In this document: positions 22,256 through 43,970 of the stretch, piece by piece
Layout: every line of letters starts with the position of its first letter
Numbering within the stretch: position 1 is the first letter of the stretch
DNA from: Scenedesmus sp. PABB004
Lineage: Eukaryota
Length of the DNA stretch: 64,000 bases
Assembly: GCA_014905635.1 (NCBI GenBank)
Contig: JABVCE010000012.1
Span: 1,116,001 to 1,180,000, forward strand
Direction of reading: 5' to 3'
Made by a program: the position numbers and the translations under genes
Notes under the pieces: generated by a model
Seen by the model: the letters and a program-made list of their open reading frames with translations, nothing else
Database searches by the model: none
What the model was told of the DNA's origin: nothing

Positions 22256-24977
22256 GCCCAGCCGGAGCCGGCGGCCGCGCCTGCAGCTGCGCCGGCGGTG
22301 GGCGGCGGCGGGGCGGCGCGCGCGGCCACGGGCGCGCCTGTCGCAGCTGGCGGCACCAACGGCGGCGCGTCCGGCGGCGCGTCCGGCGGCTGCGGCAGCA
22401 ACGGCAAGGGCAACGGCGCGGGGCAGGCAGCAGCGCCGGGGGCGCAGCCAGCGGCCGGCGACAACCCGGGGCACGGCAAGAACGGCGGCGGCGCCAGCGG
22501 CGGCACCAACGGCGGCGGCACCAACGGCGGCGGCAGCGGCGCCGCTGCCGCGGAGCAGCCGGCCAAGGGCGGCGAGGGCGGCGGTCCTGTGACGCGCGCG
22601 GCCGCGGCCAAGGCGGGCGCCGCGGCGCACGACCCGCCCGAGGAGCCGCCGGCGCCCGCCGCGGCGGCGTCGCCGGCGCCCGCGGAGGCCGAGGCGGCGG
22701 CGGACGAGGCGGCGGCGGACATGGACTGGAGCTCGGTGGACCCGGGGGCGCTCGCCTCGCTGCGGCAGCTGGTCGCGGCGCTGGAGGGCGCCGCGCCGCC
22801 GGGCTGGGCCCAGGGCGTGCGGCTGCAGCCGCGCGGGCTGGTCAACACCGGCAACTCGTGTTTCATGAACTGCACACTGCAGGTGCGGGCTGCGGGGGGC
22901 TGCGGGCGGCGGCATGCCGGGGACGCTGCCGGCCCTGCCGTTGCTCGCTGCGCCGCGCTCGCATCGTTCGCCCACCGCGCCCCGCGCCGCGCCGCGCCGC
23001 CGTGGCTTCCGTGCTCGCAGGCGCTGATGGCGGTCAGCCCCTTCTGCGGCCTGCTGCAGCAGCTGGTCGCTGCGGCGCCGGCGCTCGACCCGGCCGCCGC
23101 GCCGACGCTGACCGCGCTGGCGCGGCTGGGCGCCGAGTTCAAGCCCGTCGAGCCGCCCACGCCGCCGGGCGAGGAGGGCTGGAGCGAGGTGCCCACGGGC
23201 AAGCGGCTCAAGGTGGGGCTCAGGGCGGGGCTGCCGGCGGCGCGCCCTTTGCGCCACCGTGCTCGCGCACCCGCCGGCGCCGACGCGCGCCGCGCCGCCG
23301 CGCCCGCGCCCGCCGCAGTCCGCCGCCGCCGCCGCGCCCGGCGCGAGCGCCGCCGCCGCCGCGGGCGGCGCCGCGGGCGGCGCCGCGGGCGGCGCGTCGC
23401 TGCCGTCGCTGCAGTCACTGCTGGGCGGCAAGGCGCTCAGCCCGGGCATGATGAACGGCATTGTGGCCAAGTTCAACCCGCGCCGCGCGGGGCTCGTGCA
23501 GCAGGGCGCGGGCGCCGGCGCGGCGGGGCCGGCCGGGCGGCCGAGCCCGACGCCGGGGCTGAGCTTCCGGCACGCCGCCGGCGCGAGCGTCGCGGAGCAG
23601 GTGCGCCCGCGCGGCGCGGCGCGCGCGCGGCGGCGGCGACGGGTCCCGCGCCTGCCCGCCCGCGCCCGCGCCCGCGCCCCCTGCCGACGCGCCGCGCGGC
23701 GCCGCCGTGTGCCGCGCAGGAGCAGGAGGACGCTCAGGAGTTCCTGCAGTTCCTCGTGGACGCGGCGCACGAGGAGATGCTGAAGCTGCGGTCACGCCTC
23801 CCCGGCGCCGACGCCGCGGCGGCGCCGCCCGGCAGCAGCAGCGGCAGCCGTGACGCCACGTCCGAGCCCGGCGCCGGCGCCCGCGGCGACGGCGGCGGCG
23901 GCGGCGGCGGCGGCGGCGACGGCGGCGGCGGCGAGGAGGAGGAGTGGAGCACGGTCGTGGGCAGCCGCGGCGGGCGCAAGAACAAGGCCGCCGTCACGCG
24001 CGGCACGGGCGACCAGGGGCCCGGCAGCCTGCTGTCGGGCATCTTTGGGGGCTGCGTCAAGTCGTGCGTGCGCGCGCGCGGCGTGCGCGCGGCGCAGCCG
24101 AGCATCACGGTGCAGCCCTTCACCATGCTGCACCTGGACATCAGCGCCGACAGCGTGCGCAGCATCGAGGACGCGCTCGAGCTCATGGCGCGCCCAGAGA
24201 TCATCCACGGTGCGGACCCGCGCACCCTGCGCGCGGAACCTGCGGCGCGCGGCGCCGACGCGGCACGCACGCCACGGCGCGCGCCGCGCCGACGCCCCGC
24301 GCCGCCGCCGCCGCCGCGCGCCGCGCGGCGCGCCGCAGGCTACAAGGTGAAGGGCCAGGAGGGCGGCGTGGAGGCCGAGAAAGTCACAAAGATCAGCAAG
24401 CTGCCGCAGGTGCGCCCTCAAGCGTGCGCGCCCGCTGGCCGGGGGCTGCCATCTCGCCTGTGTGCGCGCGCGCCCACGCACGCCTGCCTCCCCCGCCGGC
24501 GCCTCCCCCGCGGCGCCTCCAGGTGCTGCTGCTGCACCTGATGCGCTTCAGCTACGGCGCCGACCGCGGCGTCGCGAGCAAGCTGCACCACAGCGTGACC
24601 TACCCGCTGCGCCTCAGCGTCCGCCCCGCCTGGACGAGCGACGACTGCCCCGACCGCCGCGGCGCGGCGTACCGGCTCGCCGCGATGGTCACGCACCACG
24701 GGCGCAACACCTCGGGTGCGTGTGTGTATGCGCGCGCCGAGGCGGCGCGCCGCGCCCTCCCTCCCACGCGCCGCGCGCCCTCCCGCGTGCCGCGCCCTCC
24801 CTCCCATGACCACCGCGCCGCGCCGCCGCGCCGCGCCGCGCAGGCGGGCACTACACCGCGCACGTGCAGCAGGGCGACGGGCGGTGGCTGCACTTCAACG
24901 ACGCGGTCGTGAGCTTTGTGAGCCAGGCGCAGGTGCTCAGTGAGCGACCCTACCTGCTCGTCTACCAGCGCGCCTGA
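19692..24977 (+). CDS. Ubiquitin-specific protease (USP10/UBP24/Ubp3-like) with long low-complexity N-terminus, multi-exon
   Basis: Cys box RGLVNTGNSCFMNCTLQ, QEDAQEFL, VLLLHLMRF, His box HHGRNTS/GGHYTAHV, WLHFND, YLLVYQRA-stop at 24975-24977. 5' exons are less certain. Confidence 0.88.
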
Positions 24978-24993
24978 GCCGGAGCCGGAGCCG

Positions 24994-25050
<57 letters not shown>
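24976..25050 (+). repeat. (GAGCCK)n hexamer microsatellite starting at the USP stop codon
   Basis: gagccg x3 followed by gagcct repeats. Confidence 0.95.
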
Positions 25051-25417
25051 GGGCACGGCGGCGGCCCCTGCGGCCCCCTGCGGCGCCGTGATGTCTGCTG
25101 TCTCGGGCGGGCCTCGCGCGGGGCGGGCGGCGCGCGGCGCGGGCGAGGCGGGCGCGCGGCGGACGACGCGGCGGCGGCCTGGGTTGGTGTCTCTGGCGGC
25201 CGTGCGTGCGCCGGCGTTGCGGGCGGGCGAGTCGGCGGCGGCGGCGCGGTGTGCGAGCAGGGCGCTGGACCTCCGCGCTTCAGCAGCCCGGAGCCGCGCC
25301 GCCGCGCGGCGGTGAAATCGCGTCCCCCTCCCGTTCCCCCTCGTCGCCCGCCCCGCCCTCCACCACACATCGGCAGTGCCAAGCCACTCCCAGGCGCCCC
25401 AGCAGACGCGCGCCAAA

Positions 25418-27550
25418 ATGATGCTCTCGCGGGTGCGCGCGCAGCTGGTGGATGCATTCTGCGATCTGCGACCCACCGGGCGGGCCGCCGGGCGGGGCGC
25501 GCGGCAGGGCAGCGCGCGCGCGGCCTGGACCTCCGACAGCGTTTGCTGAGTCCTGGCGCGCGCAGCGCGCACGCCGCGTCGCGCCGCTGCGGCACGAGCT
25601 CGCTAGCGCCTCCAGCGACGCCCTCGTCGCGGGATCTCGGCACTTGGGGCCGCGCCGCTGCAGCGCGCGCGCCGCCCGCCGCCGCGCGCGCGCCGACGCG
25701 CGGCCGCCGCCGCCGCGCGCTCCGCGCCGCCGCGCCGCGCAGCAGAGCACCATCGTGGCCAAGCTCACCAAGAAGGGCACCACCGCGGGCACCAAGAAGA
25801 CCGCCAAGAGCGCGCCGGCGGGCGGCCGCAAGACGATCCGCGAGGTGCGCGCGCCGCGCCGACGCCCGCGCCCGCGGCGGGAGCGGGCGCCGCGCACGCT
25901 GCTGCTGCTGCTGCTGCTGCGCTCACGCCGCCCGCGCGCTCGCCCGCTGCCGGCGCCGCCTGCTGCTCCCGCAGCGCGCGGGCTGGTGGGGCAACGGCGA
26001 CGCCAACAAGCTCAGCCCCTGGTATGGCCCCGACCGCAACAAGTTCCTGGGTGAGCGGCGCGGCGCGCGGCGCGTGGTGCGCGGCGCCCGGCGGCGCCCA
26101 GCCGGCGGCGCGCGGCGCCCGCCCACGCCCGCCGCGCCGCGCGCCATCTGCAGGCCCGCTCTCCGGCGAGGCGCCCGGCCACCTGACCGGCGAGTTCCCC
26201 GGCGACTACGGCTGGGACACTGCGGGCCTCTCGGCCGACCCCGCCACCTTTGCGCGCAACCGGGAGCTCGAGCTCATCCACGCGCGCTGGGCCATGCTCG
26301 GTGCGCGCCGCCGCGCCGACGCCGACGCTGCCGCGCTGCACGCGCTCTGCACACGCGGCGCAGCCCCCCGCCCGCGGCCGCCGCGCCGCCGACGCCGCCG
26401 CCGACGCGCCCGCGCCTCCGCGCGCCGCAGGCGCCCTGGGCTGCGTCACGCCTGAGCTGCTCGCCGCCAACGGTGCGGCGACGCCGCGCGCCCGCGGGCT
26501 GACGCGCTGCGCCCGCGCGCCCGCGCGCCGCCGCGCGCCCGCGCGCCCGCGCGCCCGCCGGGGCCGCGCCGCCGACCCCGCCGCGCGCGTTGCGCGCCGC
26601 GCGTCGCGCAGGCTCGCCGATCGCTGAGCCCGTCTGGTTCAAGGCCGGGGCCCAGATCTTCCAGGACGGCGGCCTCGACTACCTCGGCGACGCGCGGCTC
26701 ATCCACGCACAGTCCATCATTGCGACCGTCGCCGTGCAGGCACGAGCAGCGCAGCAGTCGGGGCCGCCGGGAGGGGCTCGGAAAGCGCGCGCGGCCACGC
26801 CCGCGCGCGCCGCCGGGGGTTGCCGCGGCGGCGGGCCCACGCGCGCGCGCGCGCGCGGCCGCCGCCGCGCCCGCGCGCAGGTCATCCTGATGGGCGCCGT
26901 CGAGAGCTACCGCGCCAACGGCGGCGCGCCCGGCGGCTTCGGTGCGCGGGCGCGCCGCGCCGCGCCGCGCGTGCGCGCACTCGCACTCGCAGCGTCTCAC
27001 CCTGCCGCCGCTGCCGCTCGCCGCGCGCCCGCCGGGCAGGCGAGGGCCTGGACAAGCTCTACCCCGGCGGCGCGTTCGACCCGCTCGGCCTCGCCGACGA
27101 CCCCGACACGCTCGCCGAGCTCAAGGTCAAGGAGATCAAGAACGGCCGCCTCGCCATGTTCAGCATGTTTGGCTTTTTCGTGCAGGCGATCGTCACCGGC
27201 AAGGTGCGCCGCGCGGGCTCCCGCCGCGCCGCGCCGCAGGGTGACGGGAGCCCGTGCCGCGCCGCGCCGCGCCGCGCCGCGCCGCGCCGCGCCGCGCCGC
27301 GCCGCGCCGCGCCGCTCACGCGGCGCGCCGCCGCCGGCCAGGGCCCGATCGAGAACCTGAACGAGCACCTCGCCAACCCCAGCGCGAACAATGCCTGGAG
27401 CTACGCCACCAAGTGCGCCCGCGGGGCGGCCGCGCGACGCCAGCGCCCGCGCGCGATGCCCGCGCCTGCGGGCAGAGACCGGCGCCCGCGCGCCGCAGCC
27501 GACGCCGCCGCCGCCGCCGCCGTGCCTGCAGGTTCGTGCCCGGCAACTGA
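25418..27550 (+). CDS. LHCBM: Major light-harvesting chlorophyll a/b-binding protein of LHCII, multi-exon
   Basis: [89 protein letters not shown] ends at 27550; TGTAA at 27625-27629. Start uncertain. Confidence 0.95.
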
Positions 27551-27962
27551 GCGGCGACGCGCGGCGCGGCGTGGCACGTGCGCTTGCTGGCCGCCGCGCT
27601 CGTGCGTGGCGGGGCTGGGCGCGGTGTAACGACGCGGGCATTTTACCACCAGCACCGCCGTCCAGCGACCCGCCGCGCCCTGCCCCGGCCCCGCGCCAGC
27701 GCAGCCCTCTAATCTACACGCGCGCGCCCCTCCAACTGCGCGGCGGCGGCTCTGCTACTTGACCGCTCGCCAGGCACGCGCACACGTTCTTCGCGGCGCG
27801 CCCCCCGCGAGGAGGGGCCGCCCGCCGCCGGGCGCGGCTCCCCGGCAGGCGCCGGCGCGCCGCGCGCGCTGCGCACTTCTCCCCCCCCCCCTGCCCCCCT
27901 TGCTGCCCTGCCCTCCCAGCTGCCCTGCTGCTGCTGCTGCGGCCGCCGCGGCCGCCGCGGCC

Positions 27963-28747
27963 TCACGCCTTCTGCTGCGGCGCCCAGGCCTCGTACTTGA
28001 GCCAGTTGCGCTTGCCGTGCGCGTTGGTCCACGAGCCCTTGGGCTGGTACGCGGCGGGCGTGCCCGTCTTGGTCACGCCGGCCTCGATCGCGTACACGGG
28101 GCGCTTGAAGTCGTGGGCGGTCGGCGCAAAGTCGTTGATGTAGTTGAGCCAGCCGTGCCACTCGGGCGGCACGACCGAGGCGTTGTAGTTTGTGAGGTCG
28201 GAGTAGACGACCCAGCGCTTGCGGTTGTAGCTCGTGCCCTCGTCCTCGTAGTACTTGTTGCCGTGCGCGTCGGTGCCCACGAGCTTGCCGGTCGGGCCCT
28301 TCTCAAAGATCGTCACAAACAGGTTGCCGTCTGCGCGGGTGGCGACGGCGGCGCGGGTGACGGCGGCGCGTGGGCGGCGGCCGCGCGCCGCTGCCACGAG
28401 CGGCCGGGTGGCTTGCGACCAGCGTCAGGCCCTGCGCGAGGCCGAGCCAGCGGCGGGCTGGCTGCCGCGCGCGTGCGCCTCGCGCCCGCCGCGGGCAGCG
28501 CCGCCGGCGCCGCTGCTGCTGCTGCTGCCGGCGCTCCACCGCGGCGTGCGCTGCAGTCGCCGCTGCGCGGCCCTCCGCCGCGCCCCCGCCGCGAGGCAGA
28601 CCGAGGAGCGCGCTGTCCCGCGGGCGGGCGGCCCTCCCTGGCTCCCCAGCGCGGCGCACCGGCGACAATCTTCAGCCAGTCCAGCGGGCGCTTGAAGCCG
28701 GCCACCTCGCGCATCGACGAGAGCCAGTTCCGCGCGCTCCCCGCCAT
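27963..28747 (-). CDS. NDUFA12: NADH:ubiquinone oxidoreductase subunit B17.2, two exons
   Basis: GKLVGTDAHGNKYYE...RKRWVVY...VPPEWHGWL. Confidence 0.92.
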
Positions 28748-29169
28748 GGCGCCAGATCTCGCGGAAGCCGCCGCGCCGCGGCCAACCGGACCGCGTGCGC
28801 GGCGCGGGAGGGGCTGAATGGGGGCGCCGACCCGCGTGCGCTGGCTGGCTGCGCGGCGAGGCCGGCGGTGCGGGGGCTGCGCACTGACACGGACGGAGGG
28901 CCGGGCACGGCCGCTCGCGGGCAGTCACTCGCGGTTTTTGGGTCTGCTGCTGGCAGCAGCCTGCTGCCGCCGCGCTGCTGCCTGCTCCTCTCTCGCTGCC
29001 GGCTCAGACCACACTGCCTCACAGCTCGCCCCAGCACACACAGTCGCCCCCGCCACACCGCACGCCGCCGCTCCCCGCAACCGCGCACGGCGCCGCTGCC
29101 GCCCGCTCAGCGGCAGCGCTGGGCCGCGCAGGAGCGCCGGGCACGGCGCCAGGAGCTCCAGCGCTGCTG

Positions 29170-31800
<2,631 letters not shown>

Positions 31801-32198
31801 GCGGCGCGCGCGGGGCCGGCGCGGCCCGGCGCCGACTGAGCGGCGCATGCGGGGCCGGCCGCACCGTGGTGGAGGTCGAGCGTGTTGTAAACCGCGCCCC
31901 GCCGGAGCGATCACTCTTTCTGAGCTGGGGCCAGCTGCGCGCGCCCGCCGCCAGCACCGCACTCCGCTGCCCTGGCTGTCCCCAGGTGGCCCCGCGCAGC
32001 GCGCCGCAGTGACGGAGTGATCGACAGCTTAGGGAAGGCGCCACGCGGGCCCGCGGCAGCTGGGGCTCAACGAACCTGTTCAGGCGCAGAGACCGTTGCG
32101 CTCGCGCCCGCGACCCCGGCGCGGCCAGGCTGCCATCGCCATAGCCCGGCTCCCCGATCGTCGCACAAATGCGAAGCTCGTCGTCTGGGGCAGCGCCC

Positions 32199-37927
<5,729 letters not shown>

Positions 37928-38358
37928 GCGGCGGGCGTGCGGCTGTGCGGGCAAGGGGGAGTTGATGGAGACGGAACACAATCTTTTCCGGCGCGCGCGG
38001 CGACGCGCGGCCGGCATGGCATGTCTAGACCAGGCGGGCCGCACTGACTCCATGTAGCATCGGCCGGGCGGCGCCCAGGTGCCGCGGCGTTGATGGCCGC
38101 GCGCACGAGAGCGGCGGGGGACGGCCCTTTTTTGACGCGCGCGCAACGGTTGCACCCGGGCGTGCGCGCGGCGCCGGCAGCACCAGGCCCGCGCGCCTGC
38201 ACGGCTGGCGCTGCGCGGCCCCGGGCGGGGGGGACGGCGGCGTCGGACGTTGTGTAGAGCTTCCAGCCCGCGGCTGCGCGCGGGACTGCTGGCGGTGGTG
38301 GCGCGCCCAGCCGCCGTAACTCGTGTGGTTACGTCGGACGCGGCGCGCGGCGCGGCGC

Positions 38359-39867
38359 TCACGCGCAGGCCACGTCCACGGGGCTCCAGAGGTGCAGCCG
38401 GCGATCGTAGAACGAGCAGGTCGCCACCAGGTCTCGCTGCTGCGGCCCCCGCCGTCCCTGCTGCGCTCCGCCGCCGGGCGCGTCTCGCAGCGCCGACGCG
38501 GCCGGCTGCCCCCCGTCGCCCGCCTCGCCCGGCCAGGCGGCGCCCCTGAACCAGTCCGCCCCGTATGCTATGCTCTCATGCCCCCCGTACTCCTCCACCA
38601 CCTGCGGCAGCGGCCACGGCGCCGCTCAGCGCTCGGCGCGCGGCGCCGCCGCGGCAGGCGCGCGCCGCGCGGCAGCTCGGCGCCGCGCAGCCCGGCCGCG
38701 GCGCGCCTGCAGGCCGCCCCAGGCCTCGTCCGCGCGCAGCAGGGCGAACCCGTTGTACATGCACGCCGCGAGCAGGCGCCGGTCGTCGCGGGGGTGCCAC
38801 TTGAGCCGCCACACGCCGCCGCCCGTCTCGACCTGCACGGCCGGGGCAGCGGCGGGCAGCGGCAGGCGCGGCGCGCGCAGCGGCGCTGTCAGCGCGGCGG
38901 CACTGTCAGCGCGCGGCGGCGGCGCCGCCACGCCTCCCCGGGCGCGCCCCTCGCCGCACCCGGCACGTCTCCAGCGGCCGCGCCAGCTGCCGCACGTCCC
39001 AGAGCCGCGCCGCCTCGTCGTAGCTGCCCGTCGCGAGCACGCCGGGGCGGCGCGGGTGGCAGGCGATGCAGGTCACGCCCGCGCCGTGCGCGCGGCGGTT
39101 GACAAAGGTCGGCGCCTGCTGCGGCGCCTCCTCGCCGGCGGCGCCGGCCGCGCACGCGGCGCGCGCGTCCCAGCCCTTGAACGCGGCGTCGTCTGCGCCG
39201 GAGTAGAGCACGTGCGGCGCGTGCCGGTCCCAGACGGCCATCCAGGTCTCGAGCTCGTGCGCGCGCCACGCGGCCACGCGGCGCGGGACGCCGCCGTCGT
39301 CGAGCTGCAGCACGCTCACGCCCCCGTCCGAGCCGGCGACCGCCGCCACGGCGGGCTGCTGCGGCTCGCGCGGCTCCTGGCGCGGGCCCAGGCCCGCCCA
39401 GTCCAGCGCGAGCGCCATGGCGCCGTCGCCGGCGGCCGCGCAGCGCGACACCTCGGCCAGCGCCTCGCCGCCGCCGCCGCCGCCGGGCGCCGCCGGCCGC
39501 CCGCCCGCGCCGGTCCGCACCGCCACGAGGCGCAGCGAGCCGTCGGCGAGCGCGAGCCCGATGCACGGCGCGGCGCTCACGGCGGGCAGGCAGGCCCACT
39601 GCAGGTCGAAGATGCCCGGCAGCTGCCCCAGCTCCGCGAGCTGCTGCAGGCCGGGGCCCCCGGGGCGGCGCCGCCGCCGTCGCCCGGCGGCGGCCGCACT
39701 GCGAGCAGGTGCAGCCGGCCGTGCCGCGTCGCGGTGGCCTCGTCCAGCTGGTACGTGCCCACGCCCAGCCAGGCCTCGGCGCCGGGCGCGGCGCAGAACT
39801 CGGCCGCGTCCGCGTGCAGCGGCAGCAGCAGTTCCGCGTGGCGGCGGCCGTCGTCGCGCGCCGCCAT
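38359..39867 (-). CDS. DPH7: Diphthamide biosynthesis WD40 protein (DPH7/WDR85), multi-exon
   Basis: GTYQLDE, AHELETW, YSGADD, HGAGVTCI, ATGSYDE, GGGVWRLKWHP, AACMYNGF, HESIAYGADW, ATCSFYD. Confidence 0.9.
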
Positions 39868-40274
39868 CGCGCCGGCGGCGGTGCGGTCGCAGTGGCAGTG
39901 AGCGAGAGTGATGGGCGGCGGCGGCGGCGGCGGGCTTCTGCGCCGCGGCATCTCGACGGCACCCACGCGTCAGCAGCGAAACCGCCTGACCGCCTGACCG
40001 CCGGCCTCCGCCGCCCGCCCGCGCGCCCCTCACGTCCCGCCGCCAAACAGGCCACAGCTCTCCCCCCTCCCGCGACCTCCGGACGCCCACTGCGACGCGC
40101 CGAGCAGCGCCGACACCAGCGGCGAAGCAGCGGAAGCCCTCTCCCGCGCCAGGCGCCCTCCGAGATCGCGCCAGGCGCATCCCATCGACGGCCGCAGTGT
40201 CGACTCCGCGCGGCGGGCCACACGCCCGTCCGTGAAGAGAGGCCCAGCTGCGCGAAGACCGCCAGGTGTCGGCG

Positions 40275-43022
40275 ATGCTCCGGGGCCCCGCCGCCGCCGC
40301 CAGGCCCGCCCCAGCGCGCCGAGCGGTCACCGCGTGTCGCTGGGCACCGGGGCACCGCACGCTGGGCACCCGCCTGCGGCCGCGCGCCGCGGCGGTGCAG
40401 CAGGCGGGCGCCGCGTCGGCGGCGCCCGGCGCGGCGCCGGCGCCCGCGCGCGGCGCCGAGCCGGCGCACACGGGCTACAAGGACGCACTCATGGTGCAGA
40501 GTGAGTCGTTGGACGGGCCGCGGACGGGCCGCGGGCGCTGCGCCGCGGGCGCTGCGCCGAGCGCCGACGCCGCGCTGCGCGCCGCGCCGCGCGCGCAGCG
40601 TTCGGCTGGGACTCCTGCCACAAGGGCGGCTGGTACAAGACCGTCCAGGCGCAGCTGGACGAGCTCGTCGCGCTCTCGGCGACGCACCTGTGGCTGCCGC
40701 CGCCGAGCCAGTCCGTGAGCGACCAGGGCTACATGCCGGGGCAGCTCTACAATCTCAACAGCAAGTACGGCACGGTGAGTGCCCACTCACCGTGCCGTAC
40801 TGAGTGCCCACTCACCCTGCCGCAGTTGCCAGGCCCTCGCGGCCGCGCTGGCCGGCAGGCTGGCTGGCTGCGCCGCGGCGGCGGGCGGCGCCCGCCAGAC
40901 GCCGCCGCCGCGGGCGCGCGCGCGCAGGCCGAGGAGCTGAAGTCGCTGGTCGCCGCGGCGCGCGCCGCGGGGCTGGTGCCGATCGCCGACATAGTTATTA
41001 ACCACCGGTGGGCGCGCAAGCCGCGCCGCGCCGCGCCGTGTGGCCGGCGGCCGCGCGAGGAGGCCGGCGGCCCCCGCGCGGCGCCGTGTGGGCCCCGCCG
41101 ACGCGCGGCGCGCCCCGCCCCGCCGCGGCCAGGTGCGCCGACGAGCTGGGCGCCGACGGCAAGTGGAACAGCTTCCGCGACGACGTCACCCACACGGGGC
41201 GCAAGATCGACTGGGGCAAGTGGGCGATCACCGGGAACGACCCCGTCTTTGGCGGCACGGGCAACCCCGACACGGGTGCGCGGCCGCGCGCCGCGGCGCG
41301 GGGCCTCCGGGGCCGCGCACGCCGCGCCGCGCCACGCCGTGCCACGCGCGCTCACTGCCACGCCGTCGCCGCCGCCGCTGGCCCGTGCAGGCGCCGACTA
41401 CGGCCCCGCGCCCGACCTGGACCACGCCAACCCCGAGCTGCGCGAGGCGCTGACCGACTGGCTCAACTTCCTGCGCACCGACGTCGGCTTTGCCGGCTGG
41501 CGGCTCGACTTTGTCAAGGGGTGAGCCCAGCGGGCCGGCTGGGGTTGGGCGCCGCACGCACGCAGCGCGCGCCGGCACGCCACGCGCCCACGTCGCGCGC
41601 GCCCACGCCGCCGCCGCGCCGCCGCCACCGTTGCTGCAGCTACGCGGCGCGCTTCGTTGACGAGTACATCTCAGACACGGTCGGCGTGGAGGCGCTCTGC
41701 GTGGGGGAGTACTGGGTCGATATGGCGTGGAGCGGCAGCGAGCTGGACGCCAACCAGGACGCCGCGCGCCAGGTGCGCCGCGGCGCGCGGCGGCGGCCGG
41801 GCCCCGCCCCCGGCGGCGCCGGCGCGCCCGCTGAGCGCCGCCGCGTGCTCGCGCGCGCCCGCGGCCAGGTGCTGTGCGACTGGATCGACGCGGCGGCCAA
41901 GAGCTGCGCCGCGTTTGACTTTCCGACCAAGGGCATCCTGCAGGAGGCGGTGAAGAAGCAGCAGCTCTGGCGCCTGCGCGACAAGGCCGGCAAGCCGCCA
42001 GGCCTCATCGGCTGGTGCGAGGCCGACCGCGCGCGCCGCTCGCGTGCCACTCGCGTGCCCCTCGCGTGCCACTCGCGTGCCACTCGCGTGCCACTCGCGT
42101 GCCACTCGCGTGTCACTCGCGTGCCACTCGCGCCACTCGCGCGCCTCTGCTGCCGGCGGTCAGGTGGCCGGCCAAGGCCGTGACGTTCATCGACAACCAC
42201 GACACCGGCAGCACGCAGCAGCACTGGTGCGCGCCCGCGCCCGCGCCAACGCACCCAAGCGCCCGCGTGCCCTCGCCGCGCCTGGGCCTGCACCTCCCCC
42301 CTCCCCGCGCCCGATTCCACTCACGCCGCCGCGTGCCCCGCCCCGCCGCCCGCGCGCGCCGCCGGCCAGGCCCTTCCCCGCCGACCGCGTCGCGGCGGGT
42401 TACGCCTACATCCTGACCCACCCGGGCGTGCCCTGCGTGCTGTGGGAGCACCACTTTGGGTGCGGCGCGGAGCTGCACAACGCGATCAAGACGCTTGCCG
42501 CGGTGCGGGCGGGCAGGGCAGCGCTCGCAAGCACGCGCGCCACGCGGCGCCGGCGCCGCCGCGGCGCGCGCGCGCGCTCGCCGCCGTGGCAGCCGCCCTG
42601 CCCTGCCCGGCCCGCCGCCGCGCGCCACGGCCCGCCCACGCCGGCGCCGCGCGCGCCGCCCCCACGGCCGCGCAGGTGCGGCGCCGCAACGGCATCGTGT
42701 CCGACACCCCCGTGCGCATCGTCGCGGCGGAGGCCGACTTGTATGTGGCCGAGGTCGGGGGCCGCGTGACGCTCAAGCTCGGCCCCCGCTACGACATGGG
42801 CCCGCTGCTGCCCAAGGAGGCCGACGGCTGGAAGACCGCGACCTGGTGCGCGCCGCGGCGCGCCGCGCCGCGCCGCGCCGGGACGGAGGGCGCCGCGGCG
42901 CCGGCGGGCGCGGGCGCCGGCGCGGCGCGGTGCGGCGCGGCGCCGACGCGGCGCGCCGCCGCCCGCCGCGTGCTGGCAGGGGCAAGGACTATTGCGTGTG
43001 GGAGCGCGGCCCGCAGGCGTGA
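40275..43022 (+). CDS. Alpha-amylase (GH13, plant-type), multi-exon
   Basis: WLPPPSQSVSDQGYMPGQLYNLNSKYG, ADIVINHR, APDLDHAN, GWRLDFVKG, VGEYW, FDFPTKG, VTFIDNHDTG, YAYILTHPG, KDYCVWE. Confidence 0.95.
42040..42141 (+). repeat. Intronic 11-nt tandem repeat (CACTCGCGTGC)n
   Basis: About nine near-perfect copies inside an amylase intron. Confidence 0.9.
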
Positions 43023-43970
43023 GCGCGGCGGCGCGCGGCGGCGGCGGCGGAGTGGGGTGGCGCGCGGGGGCGGGGATCGCGTCTCGGCGTGCGGGCGCCC
43101 AGATTTTGTGTCGGGACAGGCCAGAGGGTGCACTGCATGCTTGCGCGGGGGCAGCGGGGGGGGGGGAACTTTCTTCTTCAGGGCGGGCGGGCGGCGCCGG
43201 CGTGTGCTCGGCGCGGCGTGCCGTCAATCGGCCCAGTTTTGGCGGCGGCGGCAGGCGGCGTGGCCATCACTGTGTGCTCCATTTTGGCGGCAGGAATTCC
43301 TGCGCCCCGACCGCGTACAAACGGCGGCAAGCTGCAGGGGCGACGGGCGGGCGGCGAGGGGCGGGCGGCGGCGTGTGCAATGAACTGCAGTTCCTCCGAG
43401 GCCAGCAGCACCCGCACACGCGACAGATCCTCCCCCAGCGCAGCTCAGCTCTGCCGCAGGGCGCACGCACACACACGCAACGCAAACACCATCCGACCGA
43501 GCCCCCAGCCCTCTGCACACACAGCGCTCGCTCCACGCAGCAACGGCACGGCGCGTGCGGCACACGTGCCACGGTGCGCCGCGCCGGCAGCACCCCCACC
43601 GCCACCGGCACGCGCTCAGGCGGCGATCCTCAGCGTCGACACACAATCGGGTTTGACACCGCGAAACACCGCACACAACAACCGCCGAGATGTTGGGTTG
43701 ACCCCCGCCCACACACGCGACACGATCTGGCGCAGCACGGCATGGACACCACACAACACAGCCGGCGGCGCCGCCACGCGCGCCCGCAGCGCGCACACCT
43801 GCGCCAGGGGCGAACAACGACCACGCGCAAGGAGATGCGCCCACACACAATTGCGTGCGAGCGCCGCCTTGCAAGGGCGGGCGCGCCGGCCCAGTTTAGT
43901 GCTGCAGCAAAAGCAAAGGCAAAAGACAAGCGATCACGCCCCCCGCGCAGCCCCCCCCCCCTGCCAGCGC

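Noticed and set aside
20066..23770. Very long antisense and alternate-frame ORFs (e.g. the 1234-aa minus ORF)
   Set aside because: Arg/Ala/Pro-rich shadow frames are expected when stop codons are scarce at very high GC; no recognisable domains.
43380..43930. CA-rich compositionally distinct block
   Set aside because: It lies between convergent gene ends and fits a TG-rich 3' UTR of the minus-strand methyltransferase; no defined repeat or structure.
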